A stretch of 63,585 nt of DNA, filler included, from Octopus bimaculoides (Eukaryota), in NCBI RefSeq assembly GCF_001194135.2. It is 8 parts of 7 records of this genome, joined end to end, with 100 filler letters (N's around TTAATTAATTAA, not from the genome) between each part and the next. Parts side by side here need not be neighbours in the genome. Positions count along the whole stretch, not along the records: positions 1 to 21,880 come from NC_068986.1; positions 21,981 to 32,547 come from NC_068986.1; 6 more parts are not named here. One strand, given 5' to 3'. The notes below the pieces were generated by a model. That model was given only the letters and a program-made list of their open reading frames with translations. It was not told where the DNA came from and searched no databases. Shown here piece after piece: positions 12,873-24,565 of this stretch; position 1 is the first letter of the stretch, and every line of letters starts with the position of its first letter. A program made the translations under genes and the position numbers.

Positions 12873-15800
12873 TTTGCAACAAAGTAGATTCTACTAAAGG
12901 TATCAAGAACAAGGTGGACAGGTTAAACTGGGTAATGGATTAAGTCAGTCACCTGCATATGCTACTTCAGGATTTGGACTCAGAATGAAAAGAACTAGAA
13001 AAATTCTGCAAATAATCTTGTCCGATACTTTAATGATTTCATCAGTTCACTATCTGAGAGGCTCAGAAGCATGAAAGGTAAAGGTGACCTTTACAGGTTT
13101 TAAATGCAGGTAGCCATAAGGCATTTGTCTGACACAGTAATGATTCTGCCAATTACACTGCCTATTGTACCATATTTGAGAATGAAGCAACCTTCTTCAC
13201 ATGCTGCACCATCCTATGAGAAACACTGATTCAACAAACGTGTTGAGCAGTAACATAAAAGGCTCCCTGGGTACCACCAGAAAATAAATTGCTTACATTT
13301 AATTGGTGCATATGTAACAGTTATAACTTATGAATTTTTTTCACTAAATACAAATTTCTAGCAAACTACTATTTAATAAAATTACCTCAGTTTTAAAAGG
13401 CTATTTTTTAAAACTATTTTTACTTAATAAAATGTGATGGTATTTTGTCTTGTTTGCATTTTACTCTTAGTGCTTTAAATTTTGGCTTTCTGCCAGTATA
13501 TGGCATATTGTTTCATCCCTATAAGGGTCATATTATAGCACAGTCCTGAAGAGTAATTAAATTTTTGTGATGCATATAATGTAAAAAGATTAAAATGAAA
13601 GTGTTAATTTCCTATTTGTCACCATTTCATTGCTACTTTCCTTTATATTTCCTATAAATAATGTTTAATATGCAAATATAAATTCAATAAATCTTTTGAT
13701 ATGAAATTTTAATATGCAAGTTTATAAAATAATACTTTTTCCCTACATTCTAAGTTGGCCTCAGAATGCCACTGGTATATATTTCTTTTAGCAGCTGCAG
13801 AATTGTGAAGAAAAGCAATATAAGCCTTAATAGGATTTAAAGTTAGAAAAACTAGGAGAAAATTTGTGGTATAATCACTCCTGTTACTTGCAGTATCCTT
13901 ACACCTTCTTCTGATGTATATTTCTAATATATCTATATTTATTTATTTTATTTTTATTTATGTATAGATATAAAATATGCTTCAAGTGTGTAGTCTATAA
14001 TATATGAAATTAAATTTGATTTAAAAATAATGTAATTTTGTACCAGATACAGAAATATGATTTTTATTTTGCTTGAAATAGAAACTGTTTATTTCCAATT
14101 TATAAGTCGTTTTTACTTAATATTTTCTGATAGATTCAAATACATACACAAATGTGTGTGTATGTGTGTGCACGTGTGTGTTTATGCGTGTGTATAAAAG
14201 GATCAAATGAACAATCTGCTCATTGAATTAACTTATAAGTGGCTGAGTATTTTGCAGACATGTGTAATCCTTGAAGTCAGCATTACACAGTGTGGGACAA
14301 GGCTGGACCTTTGAATTCAAGGTAAAAATTTATCAAATTGGCTTCTACACTGCTACTGTGTATTCAGTTATACTTACAGTGATTGGGCCAAACCAAAGTC
14401 TAAGAGACACTTGTTCAAGATGTCTTGCAGTGGGATCAAACCCAGAATTTAATGATTGTGAAGTGATCTTTTTCACCATTCAGCTATACAATACAATATG
14501 TATGTTTACACCCACCCACACAGACAGACACACTACATAGAGCAATGTATCATTAGATGCGATCCTTTTTAAGACAATAGGATGTGATTTGAGGAGGTTA
14601 TACTCAAACTAACAAATGCCAACCTTTCCCTGCCCCCAAAATATTGAAGTAGTTCTCTCCTACTCCACTCAATAGAGTTTATATGCATATGAATTCTTCT
14701 TTCTTCACCATGGTGTTGGACAAGTTTTAAAGGTTTAATACAGGTGACCTTTTTTGAGGAGCAGGCCATGAAACATGGTTTATCATAAGACAGGCTGCAC
14801 TACTAAAAAAAATTCAAGGTAACTTTTGTTAAAGTCCCATGAGTTGCGGTTTGTTCATGACTGGTTTAAAATTATTTTAATTTTATCAATCATAGCAATG
14901 TATCTTTCCTTTTTTCAGTCTTCACAAGTTCTCACTATCCTATGAGCAAAGCTCTCATTGAAAGAGATATTTGACTGTTTTTCTAACATCTTGAAGAAGC
15001 ATTTCTGTTGTCACGGCAAATTGTTTAAATTTAGTTAATGTACATGAATCTCTCTATCAATTCTAACTTATTACACACTAGTCATGTAAATAATATGAAA
15101 ATTTATGTAAAATATAATGCTGTCTGCATTAATTAGACTGATATATTAAAATGTACCTTATCAAATTTCTAAATTTCAAACTTATTAATATATTTCTTTT
15201 TTATGCTGAACTAAAATTAACTTTGGATTTCCTTATTCAAAAATTTACCAAACTACAATTTATTTTTATAACTGAAATGCAACATAAATTTCCTCTGAAT
15301 ATTATGAAGGCTAAAATTAATATATCTTTACCAAATATCTCTATTAATTAGATGAAGTTTAAATTCTTGATTTTTTTTTTTATTAACAAAATTACTTTTT
15401 ATTTAGCCTATGCACTTGCACGGATAAATTGGAATCAATTGCTTGACCTCATGGTCATTAAAAACACAACAGTAAATTATTAAAACTATTTTTTGGTTGG
15501 TGAAAGAGAATATTGATTTACTGGTACTTATTTTATTGACCTCAAAGAGAATGAATTATAAATTCAACCAAACCAGGATTTGAACTTAGAAAGTGAAGAG
15601 CTGGAACTAAATGCAGCAAAGTATTCTATCTTATGCTCTAACTAATTTTACCAATCTACTGCCTAACTGATTTAATACACAAGTAAAATCAAGAAAATAT
15701 ATATGAAATATTTGAGAAATGAATTTCTCATATTTGAGAGAAAACCTATCTTTGACATTGTATATGACAAATATCTATACCCCCTTTTCAAATGATTTTA

Positions 15801-15945
15801 ATCAAAGGTCATCAGCTATAGTTATACTATCCAGAGTATGGAGTATTTTGTAGCTAAGAGAGATTTGGGAGGTACTTTTGCAATGTATAGTCCCATTCTA
15901 AATATTTACTAATTTCTAATACAATTTGAATGAACATTGCCTCAC

Positions 15946-16029
15946 ATTATGCATTGAAGAAGTGTCATTTCGTGGTATTTTGATCTGCTAAAAATAGCAA
16001 CCTTATCTGCTTCAATCACACTCTGTAGT
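15946..16029 (-). CDS. Probable coding exon (GLQSVIEADKVAIFSRSKYHEMTLLQCI)
   Basis: Acceptor catttttatag, donor AT|GTGAGG, 84 nt, phase 2 to 2, open in the frame set by the 16164-16200 exon. Confidence 0.55.
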
Positions 16030-16163
16030 CTATAAAAATGACATTATATTATGTGGTCTTAGGTGTTTTATACATTGGAATAAGATCACATTTAGAGTGT
16101 TTCTGATTCTACATCTTCTTGATCAAACCAGTTTGGAGCTGAACAACAACAAAACGAACTTAC

Positions 16164-16200
16164 CCTTTTGACTGAAATGTACTGAGGTGGAATAAGTTAA
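16164..16200 (-). CDS. Probable 37-nt coding exon (VNLFHLSTFQSKG)
   Basis: Acceptor ctttctcaag, donor GG|GTAAGT, phase 1 to 2, open. Confidence 0.55.
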
Positions 16201-16271
16201 CTTGAGAAAGTATTGTCTTATGTAAGAAACACATATATACATATAGACAGTCTCACACACACACATGTATT

Positions 16272-16309
<38 letters not shown>

Positions 16310-16859
16310 GAAGAAAATTAAATTATAATACTACATTCACCAAAGATGAATTAAGGAGAAGTATCTCCCTTTAAATGTAATAAGTCTCATATCAATAGAT
16401 TTGCACTAAATTTAGTACATTTGCACTAAATTTGATTTTCTTTAAAAACCATTTTTTTTAAAGAATATTTAGCAAAAAGAGTAAAATAAGAAATGTTTGA
16501 GTTATATTTGAATATTAGACTTAGCTTTTGAAGAAACATATTGCAAGCTGTCTGTAAACCTAATGCAGAGAATAAAAAGCTAAACGAGATTTTATTGTGT
16601 TCCAATAAAGAAAATGATTATGTTCAATCATTACTTCTATTTATATTATATTAGGATAGAAAAAGAGAAAAAGAAATAAAAGCTCTTTGTGTAGGAGTAA
16701 AAAAAAAATGACCCCTGAATTACAAAGAAAAAAGTTGAGTTATAAGAGATAGTTTTCCCATGTAACATATATGGTAATTAGATTTTTGTGACACTTCCTG
16801 TATGAAAAATAGGAAAAATAAAATAATACAAAATAAATAAGATAAAAGACAAAGATTAC

Positions 16860-16983
16860 CTTTTTCTTGATTATTTTTTTCATGAATCTCACACTCATTC
16901 ATTTGCAGAGATTCCTTCACTTCCTCATTATTATTATTTTCAGTCATTTTATTCTTATCTTTTTCTCTTTTTTTCTCATCTTC
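16860..16983 (-). CDS. Coding exon, charged linker (EDEKKREKDKNKMTENNNNEEVKESLQMNECEIHEKNNQEK)
   Basis: Acceptor ctatttcag, donor AAG|GTAATC, 124 nt, phase 0 to 1; core of ORF 16720..17073. Confidence 0.8.
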
Positions 16984-17605
16984 CTGAAATAGACAGTTAA
17001 TATTACAAGTTAATATTACAAGTGTTGACGACTGTTTGCCAAAATCTACTGAAATATAAAAAGAACTAAACAAAACTTGTCGAAAATACCTGGAATATCT
17101 ACAACTTCAGTAATAAGGTATCAAGTTTATAAGTTAGGCAAGCCTTCTTTTTTCTTTTCTTAATATTTGTTTAATGAAATTCAATTTTTCTGATTTACCT
17201 TTTTTTTTTAATGAAAATTCAGTTGGACATTGAGTTGTCTATAAGAACTGTTTAATTCCCTCTAGAGAAGAATTGTTCAAATGTTACCTTCTTTTAATGA
17301 ATGTTAATTCCCATCACAACCCTAAAAATATTTGACTACTATTTGTAATTAACCCTTTAGCATTCAAATTATTCTGTTAAATGTAATGCTTATTGATAGA
17401 TATTGTTTTAAATTAATCACAAATTATCTTGTAGCTTCAAGTGTTTGATAATGCAATTGGTTATTTCTATAATGACATTGTAGAGTAGGTATGAAGGATT
17501 AGTTTTGGCCTGTTTGAACATAAAGCATGTAGAATATTTTAGCTGGATATGACTGGTTTAAATACTAGAGGGTTAAGGATGGCATAATAGCTTATACCAT
17601 CATAC

Positions 17606-17685
17606 TTCCATTAATTCCTCAGTGGACATGGATACCCTCTTGACCTGCCTGTTCTTGAGCCAGCAGAACAACCAGAATGTAACTG
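17606..17685 (-). CDS. Coding exon with end of a hydrophobic segment (VTFWLFCWLKNRQVKRVSMSTEELME)
   Basis: Strong acceptor tttatttccttcctctctccag (NAGNAG), donor GAA|GTATGA, 80 nt, phase 1 to 0, joins in frame to the 16983 exon. Confidence 0.78.
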
Positions 17686-18163
17686 CTGGAGAGAGGAAGG
17701 AAATAAACAAAATTCAGCACTGGGCTGGTTCTTTATACACTGATTTTGAAAGGTTGAAAGGCAAAGTTGACCTCAGAAGAATTTGAACTCCAAGTGCAAA
17801 AAGCCAAAAACTAATATTGCAACATGTTTTTTATGATGCTCTAACTAAACTACTGATCAACTACTTTATAATTTCCTACGATATAGCCCAACAAATTGGA
17901 TGCATGAGTTATATAAAATGCCCTTCATATAGAGAAAACACTTTTATTGCCCCAAACGTGACATTTAGCGAAGCTTTTCTCAGCTCCCTGTCTCTAACTA
18001 TTCTTGTTACATAGTTAACAGGTATAATCGGATAATTCCAATAAAGTATTTGATGGAACACCATTATCTTCAAACCATAGCTGCTCATGCAATTAGTTTG
18101 CTGTCAGTTTGCCTGAAACCTTATTTCCTCTATTGTTTACGCTAGCTTCACAATATTGAATTT

Positions 18164-18484
18164 CAGACCTTTTGAATAAACTACACTTTTCCATTTATCA
18201 AACTATTTTACAGTTCCTGAATTACTCTGTGATGATGAGCCAAAAAGGGAGCTTCTATATGGTTAGTCACCTTGATGTGAATAGCAACCAAATCACTCTC
18301 AAAACACATACCACACCTTGGCAGACCTTTTGAATGAACCTTACTTTTCCATTTATCAAATTATTTTTGAGTTTCCGAATTACTTGGTGATAATAAGCTA
18401 AAAAGGGAGCCATGATATAGTCACTCAACTTGCTAGTGACAGCAACCTCCAAATCACTCTTAGACCATACACCCAATCTTGGCA
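18164..18484. repeat. Diverged 158-bp tandem duplication (2 units) containing a SINE-tail fragment
   Basis: CAGACCTTTTGAAT..CTTTTCCATTTATCAAA..AAAAAGGGAGC..CAAATCACTCT recurs at 18164 and 18322. Confidence 0.8.
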
Positions 18485-18653
18485 TCTTTTGCAAGTGTCT
18501 TTTACTTTAGTCAACCCAAATATTGTGAATAAAAATTGGACAGGCAGAAACCATGTAAAAGCCATTGGTTGGACTGTATTTGTAATTCCATGAGTCAGCC
18601 TTGCCACACATAATGTCCTACTGATTCTGCGTGAGAATTACATTTTCAATAAA

Positions 18654-18698
<45 letters not shown>

Positions 18699-20164
18699 AA
18701 AACAAAATCAGAAGAAAATGTGTGTTGTCACACTGATTCTTCCTAAGAATTATGTTCAGTGTATACATGCATACCGGTGAAATACTCAGTCACTCACACG
18801 TTAATTAAATAGATGGGCAGAAAAGTTGATCTAACAACTGGAATATTCTTTGTCAAAATTGGTGGGAGAACCATTTTCTAGCTACATATTCTTTCAACGA
18901 AATGATGTCAATGAATGTAGATGTTGAACCAATTTCTTCTAAATCAGTGTTTATAGACTACCCACACATAGTCATTACTCTTTACTCATAGAATCAGAAA
19001 TTTGTACAGCTGAATTTTTACCAAGATTGGGAGGAAATAGAGAGCAATCTAAATATTAGCCTTGCCTGTTGGTCTTTGATTTTAGTAATCTAATAATAAA
19101 TTTTCTTACGCATATGGAAATTACCTATTTTCTATAGAGCACTAAATATTTTCCGGCAGATAAATCCCACAAATTGTTACTAGATGTTATGCAGGACATT
19201 AATTCCATATGAAATGTTGTGAATCACTTAATATAGTGTTATTTGCTTTGATTTGGAGGTTCTCTAATAGCTAACGCCTGGTTGAATTGTTCATAGAAAA
19301 GCGGGTATCTCAAACAAAACTTTAATACTCTTTCCTACATTAGGAAGGCAAACAATATCAACATTAAAAACAAGAGTAAAATGGGAATTATGTGTGTTTG
19401 TGTATGTGTGTGTGTATAGGTATGTGTATGTGTGTGTGTGTATGTGTGTAGATGTGTGTGTACACAGAAAAATAAAAATATATATTTCTAAAAGATGAAT
19501 ACACAACACACACACATATATATATACATGTGTGTGTGTGTATATGTATATATAAAGAAGTATGTATATGTATATCTATATATATATTTATATATACACA
19601 TATATATATATATTCATATATATATATGTATATAATATATATATATGGTTGTTACGTAAGAAGAGAGAAAGAGAGAAATAGATAGAATTAAAGAGTGTGT
19701 GAGAGAAAGAATTCATCAGCTACACTGTTAGCAACAAATATAGTGGTGAATTATATTTCCCCAAAAGTATATATACATGCTATAATACTTTTAGCAGTTG
19801 CACTCATTGAATTGTGGTTATGCAGGGCTATTTCAATATGATAGTTAATTTATCAATTTCAGTTTGTAAGCTGCAAAGTTATGAGACATAACAGCCAAAA
19901 TTAGACAATAGCAAAGTCTTTTAAACTGGTGTAAGCATAAATTACACATGAAAACATATGCAGAAATACAAATAGTACACACATACATAAACACATAACT
20001 ATATATATATANNNNNNNNNNNNNNNNNNNNNNNNNNNNNNNNNNNNNNNNNNNNNNNNNNNNNNNNNNNNNNNNNNNNNNNNNNNNNNNNNNNNNNNNA
20101 TATATGTGTGTGTGTGTGTGTTTTCATGTGTGTGTGTTTTCATGTGTGTGTTTTCATGTGTGTG

Positions 20165-20300
20165 TGACATCAGCGTCATCATCGTCATCATTTAACGTCT
20201 GTTTTCCATGTTGGCATGGGTTAGACAGTTTGACTGGGGACTGGCAAGCCAGGAGGCTGCACCAGGCTCCAATCTGATTAGGCACATTTTCTGTGGCCTG
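20165..20300 (-). mobile_element. Nin-like SINE family D 3' fragment (another at 21830-21880, cut by a gap)
   Basis: CATCATCATTTAACGTCTGTTTTCCATGTTGGCATGGGTTAGAC. Confidence 0.75.
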
Positions 20301-20427
20301 ATGCCCTTTCCTTCACTAAGTCCTCTGTTTAAAAGCAAGAGAGTATTTCCTTTTGACCTGACATTTTCTTGCAGAATACTGGAAATGAATGACACTGCTT
20401 ATATGACAGTGCACTCATTTATAACAA

Positions 20428-20470
<43 letters not shown>

Positions 20471-21880
20471 CATACATGCATACACACATACATAAATACA
20501 TACATATGTATATATGATGAGCTTCTTTCAGTTTCCATCTAACAAGTCAACTCACAGCTGGGGAAGTTTATGCAATTTGCTACAATTGACTTTTACACCA
20601 ATCAATCATAGAAGTTTTGTTTTAACAATAAAAGAATTTAGTTGAAGGTTCAACACCATTAATGAAAAAAAGCTTGAAATGATATCCAAAAGTGATGCAA
20701 AATTGCAATAGTTGCTAACAAAAAGCAAGAGTTAATATCAAAATGTAGATATAAGAACAAAATTGCCTAAAGAATTTCAAGGAGTTACAACTATATTGAC
20801 AACCTATAATTTAAAAATCAACCAGATAGAGACATACGAATATGTGACTGCTAGTGTGATAAGGCTTTCTTGACATCTATTGAATAACTACTTTACCTAA
20901 AGATTGCTTCCAGCAATAAACTTAGAATAGTAAATTATGTAATGATGAATTTCACAACTTAAGATGTACATTTATTTATTCTTTGCACTTAGTATTAAGT
21001 AACCATATAAAGTCACTACCATTAGAATTAAAGCATCTCTCCACTTCTCTCTTTCTCTTATTCTGTTTGTAGGTCTGCATGTGTACTAGCATGAGTTAGA
21101 CTAGTAGTTCTCAACCATTTTTTACCTATGGGCCCCTTTGGTTTTTATTTTATTCTGGTGGACCCACATAGCCATTTTATGTTCAAAAATCTTTTTATAT
21201 TTTTATGATTAAATATTATTAGGAATTGTTTAAAAAATTGTTAAAATATTTTTGTGCATTGTAGAAGTATAACTGATTTATTGGAAATGAATTTTAATAA
21301 CAAAATCTTATATGGATCTCCAATGGTCATATGGATCCCAGTTAAGAACCACTGGCTTAGATTAATGTACTACTGCCACAATGATTTACTGTTGAATGCT
21401 CTTTCTGTTACTAACCCTTACTTGTTTTTAAATAAGAAATCGCATATTCCCCATATCTTCAAAAGTACAAAGCCAGCAATTGATTTATTGATGTGTGTGT
21501 GTATATATTTATGCATGCATGTATTTCTGAATATGTGTTTACACACATACATACATGCATACATACATACATACATGCATACATACATACATACAGACAG
21601 ACAGACAAACAGACATAAATACACACAAATACACACACATATGCTTATTTACACACGTATACCAACTCATATGTATTCATAAATACATTCACATGCACAC
21701 ACACACACACACACACACAGAGACATATATGTAAATCCATATATATATGTGTGTATGTGTGTATGTGTGTGTGTGTGTGTCTATCTATTTATCTATCTAC
21801 CTATCTATCTATTAATGTATATATATATATCATCATCATCATCATCATCATCGTTTAACGTCCGCTTTCCATGCTAGCAT

Positions 21881-21980
21881 NNNNNNNNNNNNNNNNNNNN
21901 NNNNNNNNNNNNNNNNNNNNNNNNTTAATTAATTAANNNNNNNNNNNNNNNNNNNNNNNNNNNNNNNNNNNNNNNNNNNN
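21881..21980. other. Artificial scaffold linker N44-TTAATTAATTAA-N44 (also at 32592, 42869, 50488, 53783, 55769, 61520)
   Basis: An identical 12-mer with stops in all six frames sits centred in N runs seven times. Confidence 0.95.
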
Positions 21981-21984
21981 TATA

Positions 21985-22020
<36 letters not shown>

Positions 22021-22029
22021 TATAAAGCA

Positions 22030-22210
22030 AATAAAAAGAACATTAAAAGTACAAGGGATTTTCACAGTTAATATTACTAGGTTGACACCCAAGGAAGGAA
22101 TAAGAGTTATAGAGAAAAAGTTATAACGTTTCGGGCATAGTTCATTGTCACATACAAGGATAACGTCCAAGAGAGACTGGGAAGAGAAAGAAGGGGATGA
22201 AAAAAGAAGG
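22030..22210 (-). mobile_element. Penelope pLTR/retrozyme-like repeat with a degenerate hammerhead motif
   Basis: Minus strand GTGACAATGAACTATGCCCGAAACGTTATAA (22121-22155), followed by about 100 nt and (TACA)n. Confidence 0.45.
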
Positions 22211-22307
22211 TTAGGAATGTAAACATGTTCCAGATATACATACGTATATAAATACATACACATATACATATAAATATTTACATACACACACACACACATA
22301 TTTATTC

Positions 22308-22369
<62 letters not shown>

Positions 22370-22457
22370 NNNNNNNNNNNNNNNNNNNNNNNNNNNNNNN
22401 NNNNNNNNNNNNNNNNNNNNNNNNNNNNNNNNNNNNNNNNNNNNNNNNNNNNNNNNN

Positions 22458-22508
<51 letters not shown>

Positions 22509-23245
22509 GCGAGAGGTATTTGTAGAGAAAGTTTGTAATTTAATAAAACATCTCTAATATTGCAAAACCCATATATATTTTAATAAAGCTGCGCACAGGT
22601 TTTCGACAAACTTTCTTATATGATTATTCTATAAATAATCTCATACAATAATTTTCTTTCTTGCTAAAACACTTACAGCCTTCCGTTGCGTACTTCATTT
22701 ATCCAGCAACATTAATATTTTGACCTTATGGAAAGATGTGAGGTAATATGACCTTCGGTACTCACCACTCCGAAATCCTTCACAGGTGCTGGAAACTTAG
22801 TGTGCATCACTCTTAGGACCTCAGAATGATCTGCACATAATCATCTGTATGTGTTTCGTTACTTTTGCTGTTGTTGTTATCATTTGACCCTCTTTCATAC
22901 CTGATCAAGCAAATTTATATACAAATGCGTTCAAGCCACGACTTTCACATCTTTTTGCAAATCAGGGTCTTTGTTATCGAATGTGTGCTTCCTTTTCCTT
23001 TAAAACGATATGAAGTGGTTTCAGAGAGAAGACTTGGTGCTATTTCTAGCGGGTCGATCGACTACGAACAACTATGACAACATTAATAAAACAACGGTTG
23101 TTGTTTTATGTATGCTGTCATAGTTGTTCATATTGACTTTGTTGTGTAACTCTCGGTCAGCGTAATTCAATTAAGCCTTTGATCAAATATGTTCCAGACA
23201 TTACACCCCGATCATCCCAACTTTTATTCAGACTTAGTACATATT

Positions 23246-23458
23246 GGCTTCAAATTCTAGCACAAGGCAAGCAAATCGAAGGAGTGGGTAAGTCGATTAC
23301 ATTCACCCCACTGGTCAGCTGTCACTTATTCTATCGACCTCCAAGAGGAGGAGAAGCAAAGTCGACCTCGACGGAATTTGAAATCAGAACGTAGGACATA
23401 GGAAATACTGCTAAGCATTTCGCCCGGCGTGCTAACGATTCGGCCAGCTCGCCGCCCT
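23246..23458 (-). mobile_element. Full-length SINE family A with 16-bp target-site duplication
   Basis: TSD AGACTTAGTACATATT at 23230-23245 and 23459-23474; head GGGCGGCGAGCTGGCCGAATCGTTAGCACGCC. Confidence 0.92.
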
Positions 23459-24166
23459 AGACTTAGTACATATTACCATTGTTACTAAAGTAGTTACAAT
23501 TGCACCGACCAGTCCCACTGTTATTGCTGCCCTGGGTTGGAGACAACAACGGTGTCTTTGTGTGGTCACCGGATCTGATATAAATGGCAACCAAAAGTTT
23601 CTTCAGATAATATCACACCGACTTAAAAAAAAAAAACATATTGCATAACGTTCACAGGTTCTCAGCACATAGGGAAAAATACTGAATGATCTCAGCTGGA
23701 AAGCAATTATAATTCTACTTATATATATATATATATNNNNNNNNNNNNNNNNNNNNNNNNNNNNNNNNNNNNNNNNNNNNNNNNNNNNNNNNNNNNNNNN
23801 NNNNNNNNNNNNNNNNNNNNNNNNNNNNNNNNNNNNNNNNNNNNNNNNNNNNNNNNNNNNNNNNNNNNNNNNNNNNNNNNNNNNNNNNNNNNNNNNNNNN
23901 NNNNNNNNNNNNNNNNNNNNNNNNNNNNNNNNNNNNNNNNNNNNNNNNNNNNNNNNNNNNNNNNNNNNNNNNNNNNNNNNNNNNNNNNNNNNNNNNNNNN
24001 NNNNNNNNNNNNNNNNNNNNNNNNNNNNNNNNNNNNNNNNNNNNNNNNNNNNNNNNNNNNNNNNNNNNNNNNNNNNNNNNNNNNNNNNNNNNNNNNNNNN
24101 NNNNNNNNNNNNNNNNNNNNNNNNNNNNNNNNNNNNNNNNNNNNNNNNNNNNNNNNNNNNNNNNNN

Positions 24167-24241
<75 letters not shown>

Positions 24242-24258
24242 GACAGAGACAGAGAAAT

Positions 24259-24565
24259 ATTAATATTTCTAAGTCTCTCTAAAGGAGACTACGGCAGCGG
24301 TACTGAATATTAATAGTTATCGCCAAGCTAACATGGCAGTCCAGAAAAGTAGGACGAATGCTGCCGTTGATTAGCTCAAAGAGGCCATCGCCTCTAGCTA
24401 GCTATGTGACACACGAATCTGTGTCCATTATAACCTTCGAACAGGGGAGGTCAGCCGCTTTCCCTTGCTTGTCTGGCAACTACAGACTAGTTTCAGGGTA
24501 TTTTCCCCTTATCAATGTAGAGCAACCGAACCCAGCAGGTGTCGCTACTGACCCTCTGTAAGCAC
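24259..24565 (-). mobile_element. About 305-bp hammerhead-containing repeat, copy 1
   Basis: Direct repeat of 26201-26450; both adjoin (GA)n. Confidence 0.8.
24480..24520 (-). ncRNA. Minimal type I hammerhead ribozyme-like motif with U3-A8 core
   Basis: CTACA-TTGATAA-GGGG-AAAATA-CCCT-GAA-ACTAGT-C-TGTAG: stem I 5 bp perfect, stem II 4 bp, palindromic stem III, GUC site. Confidence 0.7.

Noticed and set aside
13746-13910. Open frame with phase 2 to 1 that would bridge the gene model
   Set aside because: The acceptor context is A-rich, and splicing to exon 5450 would create TAA.
14569-14795. ORF LSYDKPCFMACSS...YFGGRERLAF as an exon
   Set aside because: It needs the third AG after the T-tract, its donor lies at the edge of a repeat fragment, and no phase 0 to 1 partner is convincing.
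15960-16029. Resemblance of LQSVIEADKVAIFSRS to glutaredoxin N-termini
   Set aside because: No CxxC/CxxS motif follows and the match is too short to support.
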